Shown here: positions 9,482-19,639 of the stretch, piece after piece
Layout: every line of letters starts with the position of its first letter
Numbering within the stretch: the stretch's first letter is position 1
NCBI GenBank assembly: GCA_040505895.1
Contig: JBEVXU010000001.1
Location: 124,834 to 188,833 of the forward strand
Direction of reading: 5' to 3'
DNA length: 64,000 nucleotides
From: Sedimenticola sp.
GTDB taxonomy: Bacteria; Pseudomonadota; Gammaproteobacteria; Chromatiales; Chromatiaceae
Made by a program: the position numbers and the translations under genes
Notes under the pieces: generated by a model
Told to the model about the DNA's origin: nothing
Database searches by the model: none
What the model saw: only the letters and a program-made list of their open reading frames with translations

Positions 9482-10371
9482 TGAGTACTGACAAGAGCCA
9501 CCGCGATACTATTTTCCTGGAAGATGCAGAGATCCTCTCCCATGACGCCTTTGACGGCGAACAACATATCCTCAGACTGCAGGCACCTGAGTGTGCATCA
9601 TCGGCCAAACCGGGAAGCTTCGTCCACGTTCAGTGCACCCCCAGCAGACCATTGCGGCGGCCAATTTCGATCATGCGCGTCTCCCCCTCATCCGGCTGGG
9701 TGGAACTTCTTTATAAGGCTGTTGGAGAAGGAACCCGCTTGTTGTCGGAGCGAAAACAGGGAGAGATAATCAGTATTATGGGGCCTATTGGCACACCGTT
9801 TCTGGTGCACCAAGAACGTAGCCGTCCTCTGCTGATCGGTGGCGGTGTCGGTATGCCGCCTATGATTTTCCTCGCCGAGGCACTGGCCGACAACCCGACA
9901 TACCGGCCGATGGCAATTCTTGGCTCCGAAGTGCCATTCCCCTTCCAAGCGACAACTTCAGAGATCCCGGTGCCCGGTATCGCCGGCAATGTCTCAGCCG
10001 CAATGCCGCTGCTGGATGGATGGGGCATTCCCAGTCGCCTGGCCAGCCTCCAGGGCTTTGATCACTGCCATCAAGGCTATGTCACCGACCTGGCCCGCCT
10101 CTGGCTGGATACCCTGGACCCAGAGAGTCTGCAGCAGGTAGAGATATTCTCCTGCGGTCCCCATCCAATGCTGGAAGCGGTAGCCGCCCTGGCGGCGGAA
10201 TATGACGTTCCCTGTCAAGTCTCTCTGGAAGAGTTCATGGCCTGCGGGGTGGGCGGCTGTGCCGGCTGCGTCATTGAGGTGGATACGCCCGCCGGCACGG
10301 CAATGAAACGGGTCTGCGTTGATGGTCCGGTGTTTGACGCTACTACGGTATTTCCCAGCAGCGCCGCCTGA
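9481..10371 (+). CDS. PyrK-like FAD/[2Fe-2S] oxidoreductase (dihydroorotate dehydrogenase electron-transfer subunit family)
   Basis: RRPISI FAD motif, GGGVGMPPM NAD-binding motif, and a C-terminal Cys cluster MACGVGGCAGCV...RVCVDGPVF. Confidence 0.75.
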   Translation: MSTDKSHRDTIFLEDAEILSHDAFDGEQHILRLQAPECASSAKPGSFVHVQCTPSRPLRRPISIMRVSPSSGWVELLYKAVGEGTRLLSERKQGEIISIMGPIGTPFLVHQERSRPLLIGGGVGMPPMIFLAEALADNPTYRPMAILGSEVPFPFQATTSEIPVPGIAGNVSAAMPLLDGWGIPSRLASLQGFDHCHQGYVTDLARLWLDTLDPESLQQVEIFSCGPHPMLEAVAALAAEYDVPCQVSLEEFMACGVGGCAGCVIEVDTPAGTAMKRVCVDGPVFDATTVFPSSAA

Positions 10372-10509
10372 ATTTCAGCCCAAGGACCAACCTCGGGAAC
10401 ATGATAGCCGTGTTCCCGGGAGGCGAAGAGCCTGTCGAATTTAACGCCATTTGGCTGCAAATCCGCTCCTGCGGATTAGTCGCTTCAAACGGTTAAACCC
10501 GACAGACTA

Positions 10510-11640
10510 CTAGAACTCCTCTGGATCGATGAAAGAAGCCGCCTCCAGGCGGGCCGTAAAGCGTTCCTCATCACCCCCGCCAAGCTTAATCATCAACCGC
10601 ACCTCATTAGCAGAATCTGCATGTAATACGGCATCGTCGTAAGTAATCTCGCCCTCCTTGTAGAGATTGTAAAGTGACTGATCGAAAGTCATCATCCCCT
10701 GCTCGGTTGAGCGCTTCATCAAATCCTTGAGCTTATGTACCTTACCCTTACGAATAAGGTCAGAGGCCAAAGGCGTATTGATCATCACCTCCACTGCCGG
10801 TCGCCTGCTCTTGCCATCAGGTCGCCGGATCAGCTGCTGGGCAACGATCGCGCGCAGATTGAGAGAGAGATCCATAAACACCTGGTCCCGCCGGTCTTCA
10901 GGGAAGAAATTGATAATACGATCTAGCGCCTGGTTGGCATTATTCGCATGAAGAGTTGAAAGACAGAGATGCCCCGTCTCTGCAAAGGTGATCGCATTGG
11001 CCATAGTTTCACGGGAGCGGATCTCACCAATAAGAATGACATCTGGGGCCTGACGCATAGTATTTTTCAGTGCAATGTCATAAGACTCGGTATCTATGCC
11101 CACCTCTCGCTGCGTAACGATACAACCCTGATGGGAGTGAACATACTCAATCGGATCTTCGATGGTTATGATATGACCACTGCTGTTACGATTACGATAC
11201 CCCAACAGTGCGGCCAGCGAAGTGGATTTACCAGTACCTGTGGCGCCGACAAAGATCACCAGGCCGCGCTTGCCCATGGCAAGGTCTTTCAACACCGGAG
11301 GTAACAGCAGCTCCTCAATGGAGGGAATACGGGTCTCAATACGCCGCAGCACCATACCCACCGAATCACGCTGAAAGAAAGCACTGACACGAAACCGCCC
11401 CACCCCCTTCCGCGAGATAGCGAAATTGCACTCTTTGGTCTGGGTAAACTCCTCCCGCTGAGCAGGAGTCATCAAACCCAATACCAGCTCCCTCGCCTGA
11501 TCATCTGTAATAACCTCTTTGGCAACCGGCATGATGCGCCCATTGATCTTGATACTGGGAGGTATCCCAACGGTTATAAAAACATCTGACGCCTTCTTCT
11601 GAACCATCAGATTCAGGATTGCGTTGAAATCCACGCTCAT
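10510..11640 (-). CDS. pilU: Type IV pilus retraction ATPase PilU
   Basis: PilT-family ATPase with Walker A GATGTGKST, HIITIEDPIEY and GEIRSRET. The start MSVDFNAILNLM (11640) was chosen because the track's upstream extension reads through a MITE. Confidence 0.9.
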   Translation of the reverse strand: MSVDFNAILNLMVQKKASDVFITVGIPPSIKINGRIMPVAKEVITDDQARELVLGLMTPAQREEFTQTKECNFAISRKGVGRFRVSAFFQRDSVGMVLRRIETRIPSIEELLLPPVLKDLAMGKRGLVIFVGATGTGKSTSLAALLGYRNRNSSGHIITIEDPIEYVHSHQGCIVTQREVGIDTESYDIALKNTMRQAPDVILIGEIRSRETMANAITFAETGHLCLSTLHANNANQALDRIINFFPEDRRDQVFMDLSLNLRAIVAQQLIRRPDGKSRRPAVEVMINTPLASDLIRKGKVHKLKDLMKRSTEQGMMTFDQSLYNLYKEGEITYDDAVLHADSANEVRLMIKLGGGDEERFTARLEAASFIDPEEF

Positions 11641-11718
11641 TTCTATAATTCCATTAAATAGTAATCGGTATACCCTAAATAACTTTACCAAACCGCCCTT
11701 AGATATTTGGAGCGGTGC

Positions 11719-11830
11719 TAGGGAACCTCTGAATAGGTCTGGCCGAATGGTATTCAGCGTAGCTGAGTACCTTCGATCAATTTCTCCTGAGTCCAAGGCA
11801 ATCGGTCATGACTTGTTCAGAGGCTCCCTT
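11719..11830. mobile_element. MITE-like element, family 1, copy B (internally shortened)
   Basis: Shares both ends with copy C (TAGGGAACCTCTGAATAGGTCTGGCCGAAT ... CAAGGCAATCGGTCATGACTTGTTCAGAGGCTCCCT). It lies in the pilT-pilU intergenic region. Confidence 0.75.
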
Positions 11831-11839
11831 GTTATCGGA

Positions 11840-12877
11840 TCAGACAAAAATATCCTTATTCATCGCCTTGGCACGAGCATCCAGGCGACTGACTACCCCC
11901 TTCTTGACCAACTCCTGAAGATGTTGATCCAGAGTCTGCATGGCGTTGGCCTGGCCGGTCTGGATAGCAGAGTACATCTGGGCAACTTTATCCTCACGAA
12001 TCAGATTTCTAATCGCCGGGGTTCCCACCATAATCTCCCACGCCGCAGTCCGACCACCCCCCACCTTCTTCAACAGGGTCTGTGCGATTACCGAACGCAG
12101 TGATTCTGACAGCATTGATCGAACCATCGACTTCTCACCCGCCGGGAACACATCAATAATACGGTCAATAGTCTTTGCAGCGGAGCTTGTATGCAGCGTA
12201 CCAAACACCAAGTGACCCGTTTCTGCTGCGGTCAGTGCCAGGCGGATTGTCTCAAGGTCACGCAGCTCGCCCACCAGAATAATATCCGGATCTTCACGCA
12301 GGGCCGACCGCAAAGCCTCGGCGAAACCCAAAGTATCACGGTGAACTTCACGCTGATTGATCAAACACTTCTTGCTGGTGTGAACGAACTCGATAGGATC
12401 CTCGATGGTAAGAATATGGGCATATTCATTATCATTTTTGTAATCCATCAGCGCCGCCAGAGTGGTGGATTTGCCGGAACCCGTCGGCCCGGTGACCAAT
12501 ACCAACCCCCTGGGTACATCGACAATATCCTTGAACGACTCAGGGCAGCCTAAATCATCCAGGGTAAGTACTTTTGACGGGATGGTGCGAAATACTGCAG
12601 AAGCACCTCGATCCTGATTAAAGGCATTGACACGGAAACGTGCCAGCCCTGGGATTTCGAAAGAGAAATCGGTCTCAAGAAACTCCTCATAATCCTTCCG
12701 CTGCTTGTCGTTCATTATATCGTAGACAAGCCCATGCACCACCTTGTGGTCCAGCGCCGGTACGTTGATCCTGCGAATATCACCATCGACACGGATCATC
12801 GGTGGTAACCCAGACGAAAGGTGTAAATCTGAAGCATCGTGCTTAACACTGAAAGCAAGCAGCTCAGCAATATCCAT
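11840..12877 (-). CDS. pilT: Type IV pilus twitching-motility ATPase PilT
   Basis: MDIAELLAFSVKHDASDLHLSSGLPPMIRVDG..., Walker A GPTGSGKST, and AHILTIEDPIEF. The second ATG was chosen because GGGGGA lies about 9 nt upstream of it. Confidence 0.95.
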   Translation of the reverse strand: MDIAELLAFSVKHDASDLHLSSGLPPMIRVDGDIRRINVPALDHKVVHGLVYDIMNDKQRKDYEEFLETDFSFEIPGLARFRVNAFNQDRGASAVFRTIPSKVLTLDDLGCPESFKDIVDVPRGLVLVTGPTGSGKSTTLAALMDYKNDNEYAHILTIEDPIEFVHTSKKCLINQREVHRDTLGFAEALRSALREDPDIILVGELRDLETIRLALTAAETGHLVFGTLHTSSAAKTIDRIIDVFPAGEKSMVRSMLSESLRSVIAQTLLKKVGGGRTAAWEIMVGTPAIRNLIREDKVAQMYSAIQTGQANAMQTLDQHLQELVKKGVVSRLDARAKAMNKDIFV

Positions 12878-13242
12878 ACGAGCCATCCCCCACTGTATCT
12901 AAATTTAATATTGAGACCTTCTCTCCTAAGGCGACCATCGCACCCACTACAAGGCACCCGGCACTATTTAAGAGAGGGTCAGGCATTATGCTATCTTTTC
13001 CATTCTGGATTGTAATCGTAACAGGAATGAGGTGATTTTTGACCATCGTATGCCAAGAATCTGGAATCAGGCCACATAATGCAAGCACAAACCCAACCGC
13101 TGACAATCCGAAATCATCCACCGCCAGAAAGTAACCAACACTTTGAAAAGACAATTGTCCCACTTTTCCTCTAGAATCAGACTTTCTGAAACCATAAGTT
13201 ATAACACCAGCCCTATTATTATAGACAACCCTGAAAGAGACG

Positions 13243-13965
13243 ATGAATAATCCGATCCACGAGCGCCTTCAACAGGTAAAAGAGCGCATTGCAGAGGCCG
13301 TAGCGCACTGTTCACGAGCAAAGAGCTCGATACAGCTCCTGGCTGTCAGTAAAACCCGACCAGCTGAGGATATACTGGAGGCATTTGCCACGGGACAGCT
13401 CTGTTTTGGCGAGAGCTACCTTCAGGAAGCACTGGAGAAGATCGAACAGCTATCAGGGAAAGGCATCGAATGGCACTTTATTGGTAGGATACAGAGCAAC
13501 AAAAGCCGTGCCATTGCTGAAAATTTTGACTGGGTCCACAGCGTTGGTTCCATAAAACACGCCCAGCGCTTAAACGATCAGCGACCAGCCCATCTGGCAC
13601 CACTGAATGTCTGCCTGCAGATCAACATCGATGATGAAGAGAGCAAAGCAGGTACCTCTGAAGCCGAGGCGGCGGAGTTGGTTACCAAAATCCATAAATT
13701 GCCCAGGCTGCGGTTGCGTGGACTGATGACGCTTCCCGCCCCCAGTGAAGGAATCGAACTGCAACGCCGTCCATTCAGAGCACTACGCCTGATGCGTGAT
13801 AGGCTGGCAACCTCAAACTCGCCCCTGGAAACCCTCTCCATGGGCATGTCATCGGACCTGGAGGCGGCAATTGCAGAGGGTGCAACCATAGTCAGAGTAG
13901 GCACCGACATCTTCGGCCCACGCACACCACTGAAAAACAGCAACCATGAGGTAGAAAAAACTTGA
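13243..13965 (+). CDS. yggS: YggS-family pyridoxal-phosphate homeostasis protein
   Basis: LLAVSKTRP (PLP lysine), WHFIGRIQSNKSR, and SMGMSSDLEAAI. It is divergent from pilT, as in Pseudomonas. Confidence 0.9.
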   Translation: MNNPIHERLQQVKERIAEAVAHCSRAKSSIQLLAVSKTRPAEDILEAFATGQLCFGESYLQEALEKIEQLSGKGIEWHFIGRIQSNKSRAIAENFDWVHSVGSIKHAQRLNDQRPAHLAPLNVCLQINIDDEESKAGTSEAEAAELVTKIHKLPRLRLRGLMTLPAPSEGIELQRRPFRALRLMRDRLATSNSPLETLSMGMSSDLEAAIAEGATIVRVGTDIFGPRTPLKNSNHEVEKT

Positions 13966-13991
13966 ACCACAACACCGCTAGAATTCCCGAC

Positions 13992-14819
13992 ATGTCCAGC
14001 AAAACCATCGCCTTCATAGGTGGCGGCAATATGTCCGCCAGCCTGATTGGGGGACTCATAGCCGACGGCTATAAAGCGAAGCGAATTATTGCCAGCGACC
14101 CGGATGGAGAGAAGCTGGCCGGACTCGCCGCCCGTTTCGGTATCGTTGCCGCCCCAGGCAATAATGACGCCGTCAGCAGAGCGGACATAGTGGTATTGGC
14201 GGTAAAGCCACAGATGATGAAAGAGGTGGTCCAGGGCCTCGCAAAAGCGGCCCAGACCAGCCGCCCCCTGGTTGTTTCAATAGCGGCAGGAGTACGTGAA
14301 AAAGAGCTCGACCGCTGGCTCGGTGGAGGAGTGGCATTGGTCCGTACTATGCCCAATACCCCGGCGATGCTGCAGGCTGGGGCCACGGTACTCCATGCCG
14401 CCCCCGGCGTCACCGATGAGCAGAAAAATCTGGCGGAATCGATACTACGTGCCGTCGGCCTCACCTGCTGGGTAGACAGCGAGGAGAAAATGGACGCAGT
14501 GACTGCACTTTCAGGCAGCGGGCCCGCCTACTTTTTTTTGGTCATGGAGGCGATGGAAGCGGCCGGAAAAGCGATGGGATTACCGGCTGAGGCAACGCGC
14601 CTATTGACCCTGCAGACGGCTCTCGGTGCCGCCCGCATGGCAATCGAGAGTAATGATGGCCCGGCAATTCTGAGGCAACAGGTTACCTCCCCCGGTGGAA
14701 CCACCGAACGAGCCCTCTCCATCCTTGAGGAGGGATCGCTGCGAGAGCTGTTCGGTAAGGCACTGCAGGGCGCACGGGAGCGCTCGATTGAACTCTCCCG
14801 GATGCTGGAGGAGAAATAA
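13992..14819 (+). CDS. proC: Pyrroline-5-carboxylate reductase
   Basis: The IAFIGGGNM dinucleotide fold and the SPGGTTERAL motif. The internal start MSSKTIAF was chosen. Confidence 0.9.
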   Translation: MSSKTIAFIGGGNMSASLIGGLIADGYKAKRIIASDPDGEKLAGLAARFGIVAAPGNNDAVSRADIVVLAVKPQMMKEVVQGLAKAAQTSRPLVVSIAAGVREKELDRWLGGGVALVRTMPNTPAMLQAGATVLHAAPGVTDEQKNLAESILRAVGLTCWVDSEEKMDAVTALSGSGPAYFFLVMEAMEAAGKAMGLPAEATRLLTLQTALGAARMAIESNDGPAILRQQVTSPGGTTERALSILEEGSLRELFGKALQGARERSIELSRMLEEK

Positions 14820-15385
14820 TGGACAGCAACTACGCCACGGCCCCCTTGATTTTTCTTATTGAGGTGATGTTCGGTGCCTATACCATGGTGGTGCTACTGC
14901 GCTTTGTGCTGCAGCGGGTACGAGCCGATTTTTATAATCCGATCTCACAGTTCGTAGTCAAGGTCACCTCCCCGATACTGGTACCGATGCGGCGGGTAAT
15001 TCCCAGCATCGGCGGCGTAGATACCGCTTCTTTGATACTGATGTGGCTATTGAAAACGGTTGAGCTGGTATTGATCCTGTTGCTAAAGGGTTACGGTCTG
15101 CAGATAGCGGCCGCTCTTATCCACAGCATCCCGGCACTGGTGGAGCTGAGCATCAACCTCTTTCTCTTCGCCATCTTCATCCAGGTCATTCTCAGCTGGG
15201 TCAGTCCCGGCGGCTACAACCCTGCAATCGGCCTGATATACAGTATTACCGATCCCCTGCTGCGACCGGCACGCAGGATAATTCCCCCTATTGGTGGACT
15301 CGACCTCTCTCCCATGGTGGTAATGATCGGCTTGGTGCTGCTGAAAATGTTGTTGATACCCCTACTCTCTCCCTCCGGTCTCTGA
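14819..15385 (+). CDS. yggT: YggT-family membrane protein
   Basis: Two YGGT-type repeats (ISQFVVKVTSPILVPMRRVIPSIGGVDTAS and LIYSITDPLLRPARRIIPPIGGLDLSP). Confidence 0.85.
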   Translation: MDSNYATAPLIFLIEVMFGAYTMVVLLRFVLQRVRADFYNPISQFVVKVTSPILVPMRRVIPSIGGVDTASLILMWLLKTVELVLILLLKGYGLQIAAALIHSIPALVELSINLFLFAIFIQVILSWVSPGGYNPAIGLIYSITDPLLRPARRIIPPIGGLDLSPMVVMIGLVLLKMLLIPLLSPSGL

Positions 15386-15410
15386 TCATGACTAGCCCGG
15401 GGACCCTCTA

Positions 15411-15713
15411 ATGCCCGGCTGGTATCGCTGGGAGGGGACGGACCTGCTGCTACAGCTCCGAGTACAACCCCGGGCCGGCAAGGATCAGCTGGTCGCCCCC
15501 CATGGTGATCAATATAAAGTACGCATTACCGCCCCACCGGTTGACGGAAAGGCAAATGCCCACCTTGTCCGCTTTCTGGCCAAGAGCTTTGGCGTTGGAC
15601 GTGCCGATGTTACCCTCGTAAACGGTGGAAGCAACAGAAACAAATGCTTTCGCATCCACTCGCCGCACCGGTTGCCGATAGCGATAGACCGGGCAAACAG
15701 CATGGATTTGTGA
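15411..15713 (+). CDS. yggU: DUF167/YggU family protein
   Basis: LRVQPRAGKDQL...KVRITAPPVDGKANAHLVRFLAKSFGV...VTLVNGGSNRNK is the family signature. Confidence 0.85.
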   Translation: MPGWYRWEGTDLLLQLRVQPRAGKDQLVAPHGDQYKVRITAPPVDGKANAHLVRFLAKSFGVGRADVTLVNGGSNRNKCFRIHSPHRLPIAIDRANSMDL

Positions 15714-15802
15714 ACCATTACAAGACAGTAGAGAATGTTTTGTCTATACTCCGTTCAGTTACGACGTTAATTCTCTAAAAGAGCAGAAAAAAGGATCTCG
15801 CC

Positions 15803-17782
15803 GTGAACCAGACAGCGCTTGAAAACCAGCTCCGGGGCTACGAGCAGTGGAAAGCCAATATCATACGCACCGTTGATGATTACCGTGCCTGGCTGAAAAA
15901 ATTCAAGCTTGCCGGCGCTGTGACTGATAAACGTATAACCGAGTGTCTGTCGAGCCTCCACAGTGACCGTCTCACTATCGCTTTCGTAGCGGAGTTCTCG
16001 CGTGGAAAAACTGAGCTGATCAACGCCATTTTTTTCGCTGATTACGGCAGGAGACTCCTACCATCCAGCGCCGGCCGCACTACCATGTGCCCAACGGAGC
16101 TTTTTTACGACCGACAGGCCGATCAGGCCTATGTCAGACTGCTTCCCATTGAGACCCGGCTACAGGAAGCCGGCATTCGGGAGCTAAAGAAAAAACCGGC
16201 CCACTGGGTAACCTATCCCCTTAATCTTGACTCCGCCGACCAGGTAGAAAGCTGTCTTCAGGAGGTGATTCAAACCCGCACCGTAAGTCTCAAGGAAGCG
16301 GTGCGGCTGGGCATGTATGATCCCAACCAACATCCCCACAGAAGCACCCCACCCACTACTGTAGAGATACCGAAGTGGCGTCATGCACTCATCAGCTTCC
16401 CACACGTGCTACTGAAAGAGGGGCTGGTGATCCTCGACACACCGGGACTCAACGCCTTGGGCAGCGAACCGGAACTGACCCTCAACATGCTGCCTTCCGC
16501 CCAGGGCGTTCTCTTCGTCCTGGCGGCAGATGCCGGTGTCACTCGTACCGACCTGGAGCTGTGGCAAAACCACATCAAGGGCTTCCACACCAGTCGCAAA
16601 CGGGGTTTGGTCGTGGTACTGAACAAAGTGGATACCCTGTGGGATGAGTTACGGGATGAGTCATCGATCAATCAGGCGGTGCGTAAACAGTGCAAAGAGA
16701 CCTCAAGCATCCTCGGCGTATCTCCCAAGGCCATCTTCCCGGTATCTGCGCAAAAGGGACTTCTTGGTAAAATTAAGGGTGATGACAAGCTACTGCAGCG
16801 CAGTGAACTACTCAAGCTGGAGCACTACGTATCCAACGATGTGCTCAACTCTCGCCAGGAGATCATCCAGGAGACCGTTACAGCGGAAATCAGCAATATG
16901 GTCGACAACACCCGCGGTGTAGTCACCAACAAGCTGCGCGGTATCAAGGAGCAACTGAACGAGCTACGTGATCTCAGCGGCAAGAGCCAGGAAGTGATAG
17001 ATCACATGATGGAAAAGACCCGTGAAGAACAGGCCGCCTACATCCGCAATGTGAATAACTTCCAGGCCAGTAGAAAGGTGCTAAAAGAGCAGGCAAAAGC
17101 GCTTCGTGGCGCCCTCGACCTGCAACGCCTGGAAAAATCTATCGGCAAAAGCCACGCATCGATGAAAGACAACTGGACCACGGCAGGCCTGAAAATGAAC
17201 ATGCAGCATCTGTTCGATCATATGCGCAACGATATGCAGACAGTGGTGGAGCAGAGTGAACAGGCACGTAAACTGATACGCAGTATCTACCGGCGTTTCC
17301 AGAATGACCACAACTTCTCAGTGGTGCAACCGAAGATGTTCTCCATCATGCGTTATAGGGTAGAACTGGAGCTACTTTACCAGGAAGCGGAGATTTTCCG
17401 TAAAAGCCCGGTCACTACGATGACCGGGAAGCATTATGTGGTGAAACGCTTCTTTGTCGCCATTGTGAGCCGGGCCAGAGATATCTTTTTCCAGGCACAC
17501 CAGGAGGTCGACTCCTGGCTGAAAACCGCACTGGAGCCTCTGGTCTTTCAGATCAGGGATCACAAGGATCAGATGGAGCATCGACTGCAGGACCTTAAAA
17601 AGGTGAGCCGCTCACGGGACACCCTGGAAAAACGGGTGGATGAACTTCAGAGACAGTACAACGCCATTGCCAAGCAGCTCACCGTACTACGCAATATACA
17701 CAACACCCTTAACAGTACCGTTCTGCTGACGAAAAACGAACAGCCAAAGCCCCGTTTAGTTAAGGGCGGCTCATCCGGCTAG
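15803..17782 (+). CDS. Bacterial dynamin-like GTPase
   Basis: G1 motif AEFSRGKTELINAIF, G3 motif LDTPGLNA, G4 motif VVLNKVD, and a long helical C-terminal part. 659 aa with a GTG start. Confidence 0.8.
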   Translation: MNQTALENQLRGYEQWKANIIRTVDDYRAWLKKFKLAGAVTDKRITECLSSLHSDRLTIAFVAEFSRGKTELINAIFFADYGRRLLPSSAGRTTMCPTELFYDRQADQAYVRLLPIETRLQEAGIRELKKKPAHWVTYPLNLDSADQVESCLQEVIQTRTVSLKEAVRLGMYDPNQHPHRSTPPTTVEIPKWRHALISFPHVLLKEGLVILDTPGLNALGSEPELTLNMLPSAQGVLFVLAADAGVTRTDLELWQNHIKGFHTSRKRGLVVVLNKVDTLWDELRDESSINQAVRKQCKETSSILGVSPKAIFPVSAQKGLLGKIKGDDKLLQRSELLKLEHYVSNDVLNSRQEIIQETVTAEISNMVDNTRGVVTNKLRGIKEQLNELRDLSGKSQEVIDHMMEKTREEQAAYIRNVNNFQASRKVLKEQAKALRGALDLQRLEKSIGKSHASMKDNWTTAGLKMNMQHLFDHMRNDMQTVVEQSEQARKLIRSIYRRFQNDHNFSVVQPKMFSIMRYRVELELLYQEAEIFRKSPVTTMTGKHYVVKRFFVAIVSRARDIFFQAHQEVDSWLKTALEPLVFQIRDHKDQMEHRLQDLKKVSRSRDTLEKRVDELQRQYNAIAKQLTVLRNIHNTLNSTVLLTKNEQPKPRLVKGGSSG

Positions 17783-17825
17783 GTGTATAATGGCGGCCAC
17801 ACCACCCGATCTGGAGTAAACGATC

Positions 17826-18269
17826 ATGAAACAGTGGCTCACTGCCATACTCATCACCTTGCTGCCGGCACTCTCCACTCTCGCCACAGCTGAAAACAGC
17901 ACCCGAATTCCCGGCTACGTAATTCACCACAACGCCATCCCCACGGCCATACTGCAACCGAATATAGCCGCCGGCTACGGCATCATCCGCAGTAAATATA
18001 GGGGGCTTCTCAATATCAGCGTCATCCGTGAGGTCCTCGGCACTACCGGCAAAGCAGTAACCGCATATGCCGATGCCCAGGTGACCAACCTCATCGGCGG
18101 CATGCAGCAGATTAAGCTGCGCAAGATCACCGAAGGTGATGCGATCTATTACATCGGCGAATTTACCATCGTTGACGCAGAGACACTCACCTTTACCCTG
18201 GAAGTACAGCCCAAAGGTACCGATAAGACAGCACGAGTAGTGTTGAAGCAGCAGTTTTTTGTTGATTGA
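17826..18269 (+). CDS. DUF4426-like periplasmic protein
   Basis: Signal peptide (MKQWLTAILITLLPALSTLATA) followed by a beta-rich domain (GYVIHHNAIPTAIL...RGLLNISV). The position is equivalent to the Pseudomonas gene near yggU. Confidence 0.65.
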   Translation: MKQWLTAILITLLPALSTLATAENSTRIPGYVIHHNAIPTAILQPNIAAGYGIIRSKYRGLLNISVIREVLGTTGKAVTAYADAQVTNLIGGMQQIKLRKITEGDAIYYIGEFTIVDAETLTFTLEVQPKGTDKTARVVLKQQFFVD

Positions 18270-18459
18270 CTCCGTGGCAGATATTCTCCCTTTCAAGAAA
18301 CCCCGTCTCAGCCGACGGCATAAAGGCAACACCCTGTGCCGAAACGGGCATCACAAATGGGAGCCGGTCAAAAGCAACCCTTTTGACGTCAAGCAGGGGA
18401 TGCTGGTTACCCGCTACTGTTGCAGTCGTTGCGGTGCTACCCGCACCAAGGGTCAATAA
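18259..18459 (+). CDS. Possible small zinc-ribbon protein (hypothetical)
   Basis: 66-codon ORF with CRNGHHKW ... CCSRCG. It uses a non-ATG start and overlaps the previous stop. There is no other support. Confidence 0.3.
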   Translation: MLIDSVADILPFKKPRLSRRHKGNTLCRNGHHKWEPVKSNPFDVKQGMLVTRYCCSRCGATRTKGQ

Positions 18460-18613
18460 TCCCGCTACGGAAAGGGCTGCGACTGGAAAATAACGCTGAC
18501 TAATCTTGGACAATCCCCCCCGGTTCTGAAACAATCCACGCCACGATCGGCTCCTTGAAACAGCCCTATATCAACCTGCTAATTATTTCCCTAACAACCC
18601 TATCGTCCCGCTT

Positions 18614-19639
18614 ATGCTTCTGGATATTGCTGCTATCATCGCCGGATTCGCGCTCTTAGTCTGGGGCGCCGAGCGCTTTGTCACCGGTGCCTCTGTCATT
18701 GCCCGTAACCTCGGCATCTCACCCATGGTGATCGGGCTGACTATTGTCGGACTCGGCACCTCCGCTCCTGAAATCCTTGTCTCCGCCATGGCAGCATCCC
18801 AGGGCAATCCCGGTCTTGCCATAGGTAATGCGGTGGGATCAAACATCGCCAATATCGGATTGATCCTCGGCATCACAGCCGTCATCGTCCCTCTCAACGT
18901 CAACTCAAACACCCTGAAGCGCGAGTACCCGATTCTGTTGGCGGTCAGCCTAACCACCCTGATCCTGATGTTCGACGGCCAACTGGGCCGGCTCGACGGT
19001 ATGATCCTGTTAATCGGCCTTGTCGCGATCCTCTTTGGCATGGTTCACATTGCCATGCGTGAGCGCAACAGCGGCGACCCCCTGAAGGCTGAGTTTGAAG
19101 CTGAGATGCCGGATGAGATGAGCACAGGTAAGGCGCTGCTCTATTTTGTTATCGGGCTGTCACTGCTACTGGTCAGCTCAAAAATCCTGGTCTGGGGGGC
19201 AGTCAATATTGCCACCGCTTTTGGTATCAGTGATCTGGTAATTGGCCTCACCATTGTCGCTCTCGGCACCAGCCTGCCGGAACTGGCGGCCAGCATAGTC
19301 AGTGCACTAAAAAAAGAGCACGACATCGCCATCGGCAACATTATCGGCTCAAACATGTACAATCTTTTAGCCGTGCTGTCAGTTCCCAGCCTGATAGCAC
19401 CGGGAGCTTTCGATCCCATGGCACTCAGCCGGGACATGCCGGTGATGATCGCCCTGACCCTGGCAATGTTTGTCATGGCCTACGGTTTTCGAGGTCCGGG
19501 ACGAATCAATCGCTTTGAGGGCGCACTGCTGGTGTTGGTCTTCATCGGTTATCAAGCAGTGCTCTTTCTTGGCAATAACGAAGTTGCAACAGACAACTCC
19601 AACACCCTTTTGACCACTCCATACGAACAGCACACATGA
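18614..19639 (+). CDS. yrbG: CaCA-family Na+/Ca2+ antiporter (YrbG-like)
   Basis: Two alpha-repeats (GLTIVGLGTSAPEILVS and GLTIVALGTSLPELAAS). Upstream of kdsD, as in E. coli. Confidence 0.85.
   Translation: MLLDIAAIIAGFALLVWGAERFVTGASVIARNLGISPMVIGLTIVGLGTSAPEILVSAMAASQGNPGLAIGNAVGSNIANIGLILGITAVIVPLNVNSNTLKREYPILLAVSLTTLILMFDGQLGRLDGMILLIGLVAILFGMVHIAMRERNSGDPLKAEFEAEMPDEMSTGKALLYFVIGLSLLLVSSKILVWGAVNIATAFGISDLVIGLTIVALGTSLPELAASIVSALKKEHDIAIGNIIGSNMYNLLAVLSVPSLIAPGAFDPMALSRDMPVMIALTLAMFVMAYGFRGPGRINRFEGALLVLVFIGYQAVLFLGNNEVATDNSNTLLTTPYEQHT

Noticed and set aside
10460-10477. AATCCGC-TCCT-GCGGATT hairpin between the convergent PyrK-like and pilU genes, as a bidirectional terminator
   Set aside because: The stem is only 7 bp and has no flanking T- or A-run. 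It is plausible but not supportable as a terminator call.
11641-11796. N-terminal 52-codon extension of the pilU ORF in the six-frame track
   Set aside because: The extension is translated from a family 1 MITE and intergenic DNA. The PilT/PilU-family N-terminus begins at MSVDFNAILNL.
12864-13163. 99-aa ORF in the unusually long pilT-yggS divergent intergenic region
   Set aside because: It overlaps the pilT start in another frame, and it has no motifs and no obvious RBS. I cannot exclude a small protein but cannot support one.
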